Below are positions 46,958-55,566 of a DNA stretch of 64,000 bases, one piece after another; the first letter of the stretch is position 1, and each line of letters begins with the position of its first letter. The DNA lies in assembly GCA_030704665.1 (NCBI GenBank), contig JAUYID010000009.1, forward strand, positions 330,460 through 394,459, in the 5' to 3' direction. The translations under genes were made by a program, and so were the position numbers. This DNA comes from a bacterium (lineage in GTDB: Bacteria > Patescibacteriota > Microgenomatia > Woykebacterales > RBG-16-39-9b). The notes beneath the pieces were generated by a model that saw nothing but the letters and a program-made list of their open reading frames with translations, was not told where the DNA came from and did not search any database.

Positions 46958-47257
46958 TCAGCTACTGGTTGGTCGGCTACTCAAGCTGAGGGTTAGCCGA
47001 ACATCCTTCAGGATTTTCCTGGCTGCGGCACCCTCATCAATGTCCACACAGTCGCAGTAGGCAGCAAAGATGGACCGATCAAGGAGCCGCAGGCCTTGTT
47101 CATTCAGCTCGTCGAAATGATCTTTGCGCAGTCGCAGGAGACGGCGTAGGCGGTTGAGATAGCCATCGCGAACCTGGCCCCGGCCTGGTGTGTGGGCTAT
47201 CTCTTCGACCCCCAGCTTCAGTTCCTTGAGATCTTCTCTCGTCCTTGTGGTACTCAT
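46958..47257 (-). CDS. Small helical hypothetical protein (SD-led, GC-richer)
   Basis: SD AAGGAGG; LLDRSIFAAYCDC motif; downstream hairpin near 46882-46910. Confidence 0.7.
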   Translation of the reverse strand: MSTTRTREDLKELKLGVEEIAHTPGRGQVRDGYLNRLRRLLRLRKDHFDELNEQGLRLLDRSIFAAYCDCVDIDEGAAARKILKDVRLTLSLSSRPTSS

Positions 47258-47374
47258 GCAAAGGCCTCCTTTCTCAAGTTAATTTTACTCTGCTCGAAGA
47301 CTAAATTAAACACCTTTAAAATAAAGAATAAAGCTTGCGAAATGCCCTCGGAAATGGTTAAATGGCGACCAATT

Positions 47375-47935
47375 ATGATTAATGTTACTGACTTACGGTC
47401 CGGAGCTGCTTTCAAAGACCAGGGTAACCTTTGGGAAGTGCTCGAATACCAACATATTAAAGTCGGTAGGGGAAGTGCGAACATCAAGGTCAAAGTGCGC
47501 AATCTTCGTAGCGGGACAATTACTGAAAAAAGCTTCATGTCTGGGGCTAGGGTTGATCCAGCTGAGGTTGAAAAGAAAGAAGCTCAGTTTCTTTATCTTG
47601 ATGGAAGTTTGGCTTACTTTATGGACCCGAAAAGCTACGAGCAGTTTTCTTTACCGCTATCAGCTTTGGTTGGTCAAGAAAAATATCTCCAGGAAGGGGG
47701 AAATTACAACCTAGTCTGCGTAGATGAGGAAATTTTGAGTGTTGAGATGCCCCGAACAGTAGAGTTGAAAGTAGAAGATACTGGACCGGGAATCAAAGGC
47801 GACAGCGTTTCGAGTGCCTACAAGGCAGCTACTCTTGAAAACGGAATGACGGTGCAGGTGCCTCTTTTTATCAAAGAAGGAGAGAAAATTCGTCTTGATA
47901 CGCGTAGTGGTGACTACCTAGAGAGAGCAAAATAG
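47375..47935 (+). CDS. efp: Elongation factor P
   Basis: DLRSG, HIKVGRGSA, QFLY.DG, FMD..SYEQ, KAATLENG..VQVPLFI. Confidence 0.95.
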   Translation: MINVTDLRSGAAFKDQGNLWEVLEYQHIKVGRGSANIKVKVRNLRSGTITEKSFMSGARVDPAEVEKKEAQFLYLDGSLAYFMDPKSYEQFSLPLSALVGQEKYLQEGGNYNLVCVDEEILSVEMPRTVELKVEDTGPGIKGDSVSSAYKAATLENGMTVQVPLFIKEGEKIRLDTRSGDYLERAK

Positions 47936-48382
47936 CTAAACTTTTACCAAAAGGAAAATTGCCAGCCCGACCGCGACTGCGGCAGTCACAAAACCGCTCG
48001 CCGGAGGTACGTTGCTTTGAATCCCACGGTGGAAGTTGTTCAGCTTTTTGTACCAAGCCCACTTGTTCCAAGGGAGAAACTCAAAACCTCGAAAGCTAGC
48101 CAGCATAAAATCAGGAGCTGTACCAAGAAAACCACCAAACATTATTAACGGAAGCTGGGGATTACTTCTGGCAAACCACCAAATTAAAAACAAACCAAAA
48201 AGATAATCGAGCCCGACCCAAAAATAAAACTTTTTCCCAAAGGGTGGGTGAGGCGAGCCGTCCCAATGAGGAGTTGCGTCCAGAACGAAATGAGAAGCAA
48301 AGGCGGCCGGCAAAGAAATTGCCGGATTGGGTATGGCTTTGACAAGAGCGGCACCGATAAGTAAATGGGGAGTCGAAAGCAT
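47936..48382 (-). CDS. Membrane protein with conserved His motifs (metal-dependent hydrolase-like)
   Basis: TPHLLIG, SHFVLDATPHWD, PD, FH..IQ. Confidence 0.7.
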   Translation of the reverse strand: MLSTPHLLIGAALVKAIPNPAISLPAAFASHFVLDATPHWDGSPHPPFGKKFYFWVGLDYLFGLFLIWWFARSNPQLPLIMFGGFLGTAPDFMLASFRGFEFLPWNKWAWYKKLNNFHRGIQSNVPPASGFVTAAVAVGLAIFLLVKV

Positions 48383-48521
48383 AAGAGTTAGTCTTTCGCT
48401 AGACTAACAACTAAAAATTCTAGGCCAAGAAAACGTTTTTGTCAAACAAATGACTTCTAAGCAAACCTATTGCCAAAGACAACCAAGTTTAGTATAACTG
48501 TTCCACTTAATTTTTTTATCT

Positions 48522-49169
48522 ATGGCGGATTTAATTAGCTTATTGACCAACATAACCGTTTTGGTGATTTTGGTCTCCTACATCTTTCTTATTTGGCTGG
48601 GACTGATTGTTTGGACCTGGGTTGATATCAGCCGGAGAAGTGACAATTGGTTTTACCGGCTTGCAATGTTGCTTTTGGTTGCTCTGGGAGCCTTTGTGGG
48701 CTTTGCTTTTTATCTGATGATTCGACCGAGTCTGACCAAAAAAGAATCTGAAACCCAGGAGCTAGAGGAACAGTTTCTTCTTGCTAGTTCCTTAGCTTGC
48801 CCGAAGTGTGGGCAGATTACTCCTGAGAACTTCCTCTTTTGTATTCGTTGCGCGACCAGTTTAAAGAATAAATGTAAAAACTGTGGTTTTTTGGTTCATG
48901 CCAGTTGGTCAGCTTGTCCTAACTGTGGCAATCTTCAAGCTGAAGTACCCTTGTTAAATGTGATTGAGGCCCAGACTAAATCAGTCGAAACTAAACCCCT
49001 ACACCTAGGAGTAGATTTTTCTGGGGTTTTTCAAGTGATCAAAAATATGCGTTCAATTGCTCCTGAGCTCAGAAAGGAAAGCAATGGTGAGACCCGCAAG
49101 CAAGTTAGAAAAGCCAAAAGAGCAAGATCCAAGCCGAGAGCAAAAAAGGCTGAAGTGGCTGCAAAGTAA
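48522..49169 (+). CDS. Membrane protein with double zinc ribbon
   Basis: Two TM then CPKCG, CIRC, CKNCG, CPNCG. Confidence 0.85.
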   Translation: MADLISLLTNITVLVILVSYIFLIWLGLIVWTWVDISRRSDNWFYRLAMLLLVALGAFVGFAFYLMIRPSLTKKESETQELEEQFLLASSLACPKCGQITPENFLFCIRCATSLKNKCKNCGFLVHASWSACPNCGNLQAEVPLLNVIEAQTKSVETKPLHLGVDFSGVFQVIKNMRSIAPELRKESNGETRKQVRKAKRARSKPRAKKAEVAAK

Positions 49170-50217
49170 ACTAGATAAAACTTCTCTCGACGGCTTTTTA
49201 GTTTCAAAAACTGAGAACAAAACCTATTTAACTGGTTGGGAAGCGGACCCGGAAAGTGGTTATCTTTTAATCACACCCGGCCAAGCCTTTCTTTTTACCG
49301 ACTCGCGTTACACTGAACAAGCAATTCAGCTGGTAGACGGTTTTGAGGTAGTTGAGGTTCCCGGGAATTTTTCCTCTTTTGCAGTCGAGTTTATCAGCAA
49401 AAAGAAGCTAAAAAGAATCGCATTTGAAAGCCACAATCTTTCCGTTTTTGACTTTAAACGCTTTAAGAAACTTTTCCCCTCAAAATTGATCCCTCTTGCC
49501 CACTTGCTTGAAGAAAGACGAGCGACCAAAGACCAAGATGAAATTGAGGCGATCAGGGCAGCAGTTCGGCTGGACCAAAGTGCTTTTGAATACATTTTGA
49601 ACTTCGTTAAAACCGGTCAGACAGAAGCAGAGGTAGCTTGGGAGTTGGAAAGAAAATTAAAAGAGCTTGGGGCGCAGAGAATGGGTTGGCAACCTTTTAT
49701 TGTGGCTTCTGGAGCAAACTCTTCTATTCCGCATTACGGAAATAGCTCAAAGGTAAAAATCAAAAAGGGAGACCTTTTGCAGCTAGACTTCGCTAGTGTA
49801 GTTGAAGGTTATCATTCAGACACTTCTCGGGTTATTTTTATTGGAAAACCAGACGAAGAAAAAATCAAAATTTACAACTGGGTCAGAGAGGCCCAAGAAC
49901 TAGGGGAGAGCTTGGTTCGACCAGGTAAAAGTGGAGAAGAGATTGACACAGCGGTACGAAATTTTCTTAAAGAAAAAACCCCAAACTACTTCCAGCATGG
50001 TTTGGGTCATGGTGTTGGTTTGGAGATTCACGAGCTACCGAAGCTGAGCTTGGCAGGGAAGAAAAAACTCGAAATTGGAAATTGTTTTACGGTCGAGCCG
50101 GGGATTTATCGTCCTGGTTGGGGTGGGGTTCGGCTAGAAGATATTGTTGTTTTAGGAAAAAACGGGGCCGAGATTCTCACCAAAACTACCAAAGAGATCA
50201 AAGACGTAACTATTTAA
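49084..50217 (+). CDS. Xaa-Pro aminopeptidase (M24B)
   Basis: TDSRY, PH, D..SDTSR, HGLGHGVGLEIHE, TVEPGIY, GVRLED. Confidence 0.92.
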   Translation: MVRPASKLEKPKEQDPSREQKRLKWLQSKLDKTSLDGFLVSKTENKTYLTGWEADPESGYLLITPGQAFLFTDSRYTEQAIQLVDGFEVVEVPGNFSSFAVEFISKKKLKRIAFESHNLSVFDFKRFKKLFPSKLIPLAHLLEERRATKDQDEIEAIRAAVRLDQSAFEYILNFVKTGQTEAEVAWELERKLKELGAQRMGWQPFIVASGANSSIPHYGNSSKVKIKKGDLLQLDFASVVEGYHSDTSRVIFIGKPDEEKIKIYNWVREAQELGESLVRPGKSGEEIDTAVRNFLKEKTPNYFQHGLGHGVGLEIHELPKLSLAGKKKLEIGNCFTVEPGIYRPGWGGVRLEDIVVLGKNGAEILTKTTKEIKDVTI

Positions 50218-50266
50218 GGCCAATCACTCTTTGACTGAACTCAAACTTGTGTTAAAATTGCCAGCA

Positions 50267-51724
50267 ATGCAAGTAAGAGTCTCGAATCAAAATTTAAAAA
50301 ACATTGAAGCTGACGCTCTCTATTTGGCGGTTTTCGAAGACAAAAGCCTTTCTGAAAAGATGGTCCAGCTAGACAAGCAACTAAATTCTGCTCTCAGTGA
50401 TTTTCTCAAACTCAAAGAATTCAAAGGGAAACTTTACGAAACTGCAGTTCTTTATCCCCAAGGTTTGAATTTCCAAAGACTCATATTAGTTGGGATGGGC
50501 AAAGAAGAGGATTTTGAAGCTCCACGAATGACCAAGAATGTGGCTGGTGCTGCGGCTAAACGGGCAATCAAGTTGGGGGTGAAGAAGCTAGCGACACTGT
50601 TGAACCACCCTGAAGAAACGGCTGGTGTCGTCGAAGGAGTCGGGCTTGCCAGTTTTGATGCCGGGATGCACAAAACCAAAAAAGAGAAACTGGAAATTCA
50701 AGAACTTATTCTTGTCGGTGCAGATGAAAAAGTCGTTGGAGAGGCTCAAGCAGCGGCCGAAACAATTAACTGGGTTCGCCACCTTATTGCCGAGCCAGCC
50801 AACCTGATGACTCCGGCTCGTGTGGTTGAAGAAGCAAAAAAGATCGCCAAAACCTACAAACTAGGGATTGAAATTATCGACGAGAAAGAAGCAAAAAAGA
50901 GAAAGATGGGAGCCTTTCTTGCGATTGCGCAAGGGAGTGATGAATCATCCTATATGATCGTTCTGCACTACAAAGCGCCAAAACCAGGTAAGACTGTCCT
51001 TGGCATTGTCGGAAAAGGTATTACTTTTGATAGCGGTGGCATTTCGATCAAACCTTCAGCCAAAATGGCGGACATGAAGATGGATATGTCTGGGGCAGCC
51101 GCTATGCTCGGAATCATGAAATTGGTGGGGGAGTTTAAACCCAATCTTGATATCATCGGCATTGCCCCGGTGACTGAGAACATGCCGAGTGGAAAAGCGG
51201 CCAAACCGGGAGATGTCTTTAAATCTTTGTCCGGTCGGACGATTGAGATCCTCAACACTGACGCTGAGGGTAGGGTAGTGATGAGCGATGCTTTTACTTA
51301 CGTTCAAAAACTGGGGGCGAAGAAGATTTTTGAACTCTCGACCCTGACCGGAGCAGTGAACGTTGCTTTGGGTCCGGAAGCTACGGCTATTATCGGGTCT
51401 TCGCAAGAATGGGTTGATACAGTTATTTCTGCTGGAAAGAGGGCGGGGGAGAGAATTTGGCAGCTGCCGATTTACTCCGAGCACAAAGAAATGTTGAAAA
51501 GTGATATTGCTGATCTTGCCAATATACCTCCAACCCGGGCAGCCGATGTCATTGCAGGAGGAGTTTTCCTCGGAGAGTTTGTTGAAAAGGAAAATGATTG
51601 GGCGCATTTGGATATTGGAGCAACTGCCTGGTTGGAAGGGGACAAACCGTATTTGACTAAGGGCCCGACTGGAGTAGGGATTGAAACTGCGCTTGCTTTG
51701 ATAAAGGCTTTGGAAGGAAATTAA
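50267..51724 (+). CDS. pepA: Leucyl aminopeptidase (M17)
   Basis: VGKGITFDSGG, MKMDMSG, NTDAEGR, HLDI. Confidence 0.94.
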   Translation: MQVRVSNQNLKNIEADALYLAVFEDKSLSEKMVQLDKQLNSALSDFLKLKEFKGKLYETAVLYPQGLNFQRLILVGMGKEEDFEAPRMTKNVAGAAAKRAIKLGVKKLATLLNHPEETAGVVEGVGLASFDAGMHKTKKEKLEIQELILVGADEKVVGEAQAAAETINWVRHLIAEPANLMTPARVVEEAKKIAKTYKLGIEIIDEKEAKKRKMGAFLAIAQGSDESSYMIVLHYKAPKPGKTVLGIVGKGITFDSGGISIKPSAKMADMKMDMSGAAAMLGIMKLVGEFKPNLDIIGIAPVTENMPSGKAAKPGDVFKSLSGRTIEILNTDAEGRVVMSDAFTYVQKLGAKKIFELSTLTGAVNVALGPEATAIIGSSQEWVDTVISAGKRAGERIWQLPIYSEHKEMLKSDIADLANIPPTRAADVIAGGVFLGEFVEKENDWAHLDIGATAWLEGDKPYLTKGPTGVGIETALALIKALEGN

Positions 51725-51736
51725 GGTTAAAAGTTT

Positions 51737-52978
51737 TTGTGGGGGGAACAGATTAAAAGATTCTTTCCGAGTATTGTCACGAATATAGATTTTCTCAAGC
51801 TCTGGTTGGCGCAGATTACTTCGCAAATAGGTTTGAACGCGCTCTATTTTATTTTAGCTCTCAAAGTTTATGAGCAAACTCAGGGCTCTAATACCGCGGT
51901 TAGTTTGTTGATTTTAGCTTTTACCGTTCCTTCCGTGTTCTTTGGTTATTTGGCCGGAGTCTTGGTTGACCATCAAGATTTAAAAAAAGTTTTGATTTAT
52001 ACCAATCTTTTCCGTGCTTTGGTCGTCTTCGGTCTTTTGTTTGTTTACACCAATATTTTTTTCATCTACGGCCTAGTCTTACTTTTGGCTTTGGTGACTC
52101 TTTTCTTTTTGCCAGCTGAGGGATCTGCTTTGCCGGCCTTGGTAAAAGAAAAAAAGGATCTGATTTCAGCAAATTCTCTTTTTACACTCACTCTTCAAGG
52201 AGCGCTCATAATTGGCTTTGTTGCCGCCGGCCCTTTACTTTCTTTACTTGGAGAGACAACTACTTTGATCGTTCTGGTCGCTTTCTTTTTGATTGCACTG
52301 GCCTGTGTTTGGTTTTTGCCTGATTCAATCAGATCGATTGAAGAAAAAGAGGGAGTGAGTTCGTGGCGCAGTTTTCTTGATGGTATCATCTTCTTTTTCA
52401 AGACTCGTTCCGTCCGAGACGCTATTTTTTTCTTGACCAGTACACAGGCGATTACTTTGGTTTTGGCAACAATCGCTCCGGGCTTTGTTGATCGAGTTTT
52501 GGATTTGGATGTTCGCTTGACTAGTCTAGTTTTGGTAGCACCGGCGGCAGTGGGAATGATTGTCGGGTCGGTTTTTTTGAGTCATCGTGCCGGCAAACAC
52601 AAAGAGGCAGTTTTGGTGACTTGGGGACTATTCGTGGCTGGTATTTCCTTTTCGGCTCTGTCTGTGCTGGAAAGAGTAAAGCTGAGCAATTTCATTTTTC
52701 TCTTGGCAATTTTGTTCATTGTTTTGCTTGGTGTGGCGGCGTCTTTGATCACTATACCAGCAACAACTGAGCTTCAACACGACACTCCTGAGCGGTTTCG
52801 GGGGCGAGCCTATGGGATACTAGGAACGTTTGTTAGTGGGGTCTCGGCCCTGCCGGTGATTTTGGCTGGAGCGATTGGGGACACTTTTGGTGTGCGCTCG
52901 GTGATGATTGCTATGGCTATCGTCACCATCGCGGCTGGTGTTTACCGTTTGCGGGGAAAAAGTTATACTGAAGGTTAG
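51737..52978 (+). CDS. MFS transporter
   Basis: 12 TM; F.KLWLAQ..SQ, AGVLVD, RGRAYG. Confidence 0.9.
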   Translation: MWGEQIKRFFPSIVTNIDFLKLWLAQITSQIGLNALYFILALKVYEQTQGSNTAVSLLILAFTVPSVFFGYLAGVLVDHQDLKKVLIYTNLFRALVVFGLLFVYTNIFFIYGLVLLLALVTLFFLPAEGSALPALVKEKKDLISANSLFTLTLQGALIIGFVAAGPLLSLLGETTTLIVLVAFFLIALACVWFLPDSIRSIEEKEGVSSWRSFLDGIIFFFKTRSVRDAIFFLTSTQAITLVLATIAPGFVDRVLDLDVRLTSLVLVAPAAVGMIVGSVFLSHRAGKHKEAVLVTWGLFVAGISFSALSVLERVKLSNFIFLLAILFIVLLGVAASLITIPATTELQHDTPERFRGRAYGILGTFVSGVSALPVILAGAIGDTFGVRSVMIAMAIVTIAAGVYRLRGKSYTEG

Positions 52979-52983
52979 TAAAA

Positions 52984-53811
52984 ATGTTACCAATACTTTT
53001 TAAGCTCGGACCGTTTTCAATTTACTCTTACGGATTTTTTTTGACACTAGCTTATTTGGCCGGGACTTTCTTTTTCTGGCGAGAAGGAAAAAAAAGGGGC
53101 TTTAGCGAGGAGAAACTTCTGGATCTTTCGGTCCTGGCCCTTTTGGCTGCTCTCGTTGGAGGGAGGATTCTTTACGTTTTAATAAACTGGAATCTTTTCT
53201 CTTTAGATCCAAAATCAAGCCTTTTTCTTTGGCAAGGAGGCTTTGCCTATTTTGGGTCTTTGTTCGCGGCTGTGGTTGTGGTTTGGTATTTTGTGCGAGC
53301 CTGGAAGTGGCCTTTTTTTCAGATCGCTGATCTGGGAGCAATTGCCGCGGCTCTGAGTTTTACAATTGGTAAGTTCGGGACCTTTCTGGCGGGAACTGAT
53401 TATGGTAGCCAAACCAATTTACCTTGGGGTGTAGTCTTTCCAAACTTAGTTGGTTCGCGCCACCCGGTCCAACTTTACGAAGCTTTTGTGAGTTTGCTTA
53501 TTCTCTTTTTTCTGATTCGTCTTTACTTCAAAAATATTGAAAAAAGCGGGAGCATGCGTTCGGGAGTGGTCTTTTTTGACTACTTAATACTTTCCGGGGT
53601 CGCTCGGCTCGTTTTGGAGTTTTTCAGAGCTGACTCAGACTTTGTTGCCGGAGTTGCTTTAGCACAAATTCTTAGTTTAATCGTTGCAACAGTAGGAGCA
53701 GTTTGCTTATACTATTTCGGGTTGCGCAATCTGCGGACCGATCTAAGGGTCGTCCTGAAAAGATTGAGCAACCTTGATTTTAAATTAAGAGGAGTTCTAA
53801 CAAGGAGGTAG
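52984..53811 (+). CDS. lgt: Prolipoprotein diacylglyceryl transferase
   Basis: SYG, GGRILY, WQGG, PWGVVF, RHPVQLYE, EFFR. Confidence 0.9.
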   Translation: MLPILFKLGPFSIYSYGFFLTLAYLAGTFFFWREGKKRGFSEEKLLDLSVLALLAALVGGRILYVLINWNLFSLDPKSSLFLWQGGFAYFGSLFAAVVVVWYFVRAWKWPFFQIADLGAIAAALSFTIGKFGTFLAGTDYGSQTNLPWGVVFPNLVGSRHPVQLYEAFVSLLILFFLIRLYFKNIEKSGSMRSGVVFFDYLILSGVARLVLEFFRADSDFVAGVALAQILSLIVATVGAVCLYYFGLRNLRTDLRVVLKRLSNLDFKLRGVLTRR

Positions 53812-53812
53812 T

Positions 53813-54151
53813 GTGCAAATTCCGGTCCAGAAGAGCAAGCTAGAGAGTGGAAAAGCCAAACTGCTAAAACAACTTGATCACTACAAAAAGGAAGACCCAT
53901 ATCTGATTCCCGATCGGCAAAGCTCGAACACTGTCGATGATGATATAACTGAGATAGAGGGTCACGACCGTATCACGGCGACGAGAATTGCTTTGGAAAC
54001 AGATCTGAAGGCAGTTGAAGAAGCTTTGGGACGTATTAAAGACGGTACTTACGGAAATTGTCAGAATTGCGGGAAAAAGATCGAAGAGAATAGATTGAGT
54101 ATTATGACCACCGCAAAATTTTGCTTGGATTGTCAGGAAAAGCGCAAGTAG
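53813..54151 (+). CDS. TraR/DksA C4 zinc-finger protein
   Basis: AL.RI.DGTYGNC.NCG..I...RL and CLDCQ. Confidence 0.88.
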   Translation: MQIPVQKSKLESGKAKLLKQLDHYKKEDPYLIPDRQSSNTVDDDITEIEGHDRITATRIALETDLKAVEEALGRIKDGTYGNCQNCGKKIEENRLSIMTTAKFCLDCQEKRK

Positions 54152-54216
54152 GTCGTTAGATAAACTTGTTGGTTTCCGCAGAGTTTGTGGTAAAATTCCT
54201 TATGAGGAGGATTTAA

Positions 54217-54609
54217 ATGGCACAGAAGATATTGGTAGTTGAAGACGATCAATTTTTGAGAGAACTCTACGACGAACTTCTTTCAGGAGAGGGTTATGAG
54301 GTAAGTGTGGCCGCCGACGGTCAAGAAGGTTTTGATAAAGTTTCCGCTGGTGGTTTTGACCTAGTTTTACTTGATATTATGCTGCCAAAAATTGATGGTC
54401 TGGAAGTACTACGCAAACTAAAAGAAACTCCTCCAAAACAAGCAAACGGTCCCACGGTTTTGCTGACCAATTTGGGTCAAGACTCGATCATCAAAGAAGG
54501 TTTTTCTTTGGGTGCGGCGGGTTATCTAATAAAATCAGCTATGAACCCAGACCAAGTTCTCAATGAGGTAAAAGTATTTTTAAGTAAGAGTAACATCAGC
54601 CACAAATGA
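54217..54609 (+). CDS. Stand-alone response regulator receiver
   Basis: ILVVEDD, DLVLLDIMLP.IDG, LLTN, YLIK. Confidence 0.92.
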   Translation: MAQKILVVEDDQFLRELYDELLSGEGYEVSVAADGQEGFDKVSAGGFDLVLLDIMLPKIDGLEVLRKLKETPPKQANGPTVLLTNLGQDSIIKEGFSLGAAGYLIKSAMNPDQVLNEVKVFLSKSNISHK

Positions 54610-54663
54610 TACTTTTTCAGGTCTTTTTAATGTCTACCATTCTGTCAGCCAAAGAATAAGAAG

Positions 54664-55566
54664 ATGCAGATTTTTAAAGTTCGAGTTAAGCCTGTCGAAG
54701 ACAGACTAGACCGTTTTTTGGCTTCGCAAACGAAAAACCTCTCCCGTTCCAAAATCCAAAAGCTGATCGTTGAGGGAAAAATCTTGGTGAACAAAAAAGG
54801 GGTCGGCCAAAACTACAAGATTCATTCAGGAGATACCATTACCCTGAATTTACCTCCCCCAAAAGACACTGAGATTAAAGCTGAAGATATGCCCGTAAAA
54901 GTTCTCTATGAGGATTCAGATTTGCTAGTTATCGAAAAAGAATCTGGAGTTGTTGTCCATCCAACTTCTGATCACACTTCCGGAACTATTGTAAACTGGC
55001 TTCTTTTTCACACAAAAAATTTGGCTGTGGCCGAGGAGGGGATTCGTCCTGGTGTTGTCCACCGCCTGGACAAAGGTACCTCAGGGCTACTTATTCTTGG
55101 CAAAAATTCACAAACAACGCAGGAGCTTAAAAAACAGTTTGCGGCGAGACAAGTGACCAAAAAGTACACCGCCTTGGTGATCGGAGAAATGGCTAAACCT
55201 TTTGGTAGTATCAAAACTAATATTGGTCGCCATCCGCGCTCTTTCCAGAAATTTGCTGTTCTGGAAGCGGGAAAAGAAGCTGAAACAGACTACCGTGTTG
55301 TGAAACAATTTCAAGGCTTTACCCTTGTCTCTGTTTTTCCCAAGACTGGTCGCACCCATCAAATCCGTGTTCATCTTTCTTCAATTGGCTTTCCGATCGT
55401 CGGGGACAAGCTATATGGGGCGCCGGCGGACTTGGGGAGACTATTTTTACACGCCAGTGAAATTGAATTTAGCCACCCAAGGACCGGAAAAATCTTGAAA
55501 TTCTTTTCCGAACTGCCAGACGCTTTGCAAGCTTATTTAGATGGGTTATCATTAAAGAAAGACTAA
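54664..55566 (+). CDS. rluD: RluA/RluD family 23S rRNA pseudouridine synthase
   Basis: S4 domain RLDRFL, HRLDKGTSGL, TGRTHQIRVH, LFLHA. Confidence 0.9.
   Translation: MQIFKVRVKPVEDRLDRFLASQTKNLSRSKIQKLIVEGKILVNKKGVGQNYKIHSGDTITLNLPPPKDTEIKAEDMPVKVLYEDSDLLVIEKESGVVVHPTSDHTSGTIVNWLLFHTKNLAVAEEGIRPGVVHRLDKGTSGLLILGKNSQTTQELKKQFAARQVTKKYTALVIGEMAKPFGSIKTNIGRHPRSFQKFAVLEAGKEAETDYRVVKQFQGFTLVSVFPKTGRTHQIRVHLSSIGFPIVGDKLYGAPADLGRLFLHASEIEFSHPRTGKILKFFSELPDALQAYLDGLSLKKD

Noticed and set aside
51056-51826. 256-aa antisense ORF and similar shadow ORFs (e.g. 24067-24621, 33614-34102)
   Set aside because: Lie opposite well-supported genes and have no motifs
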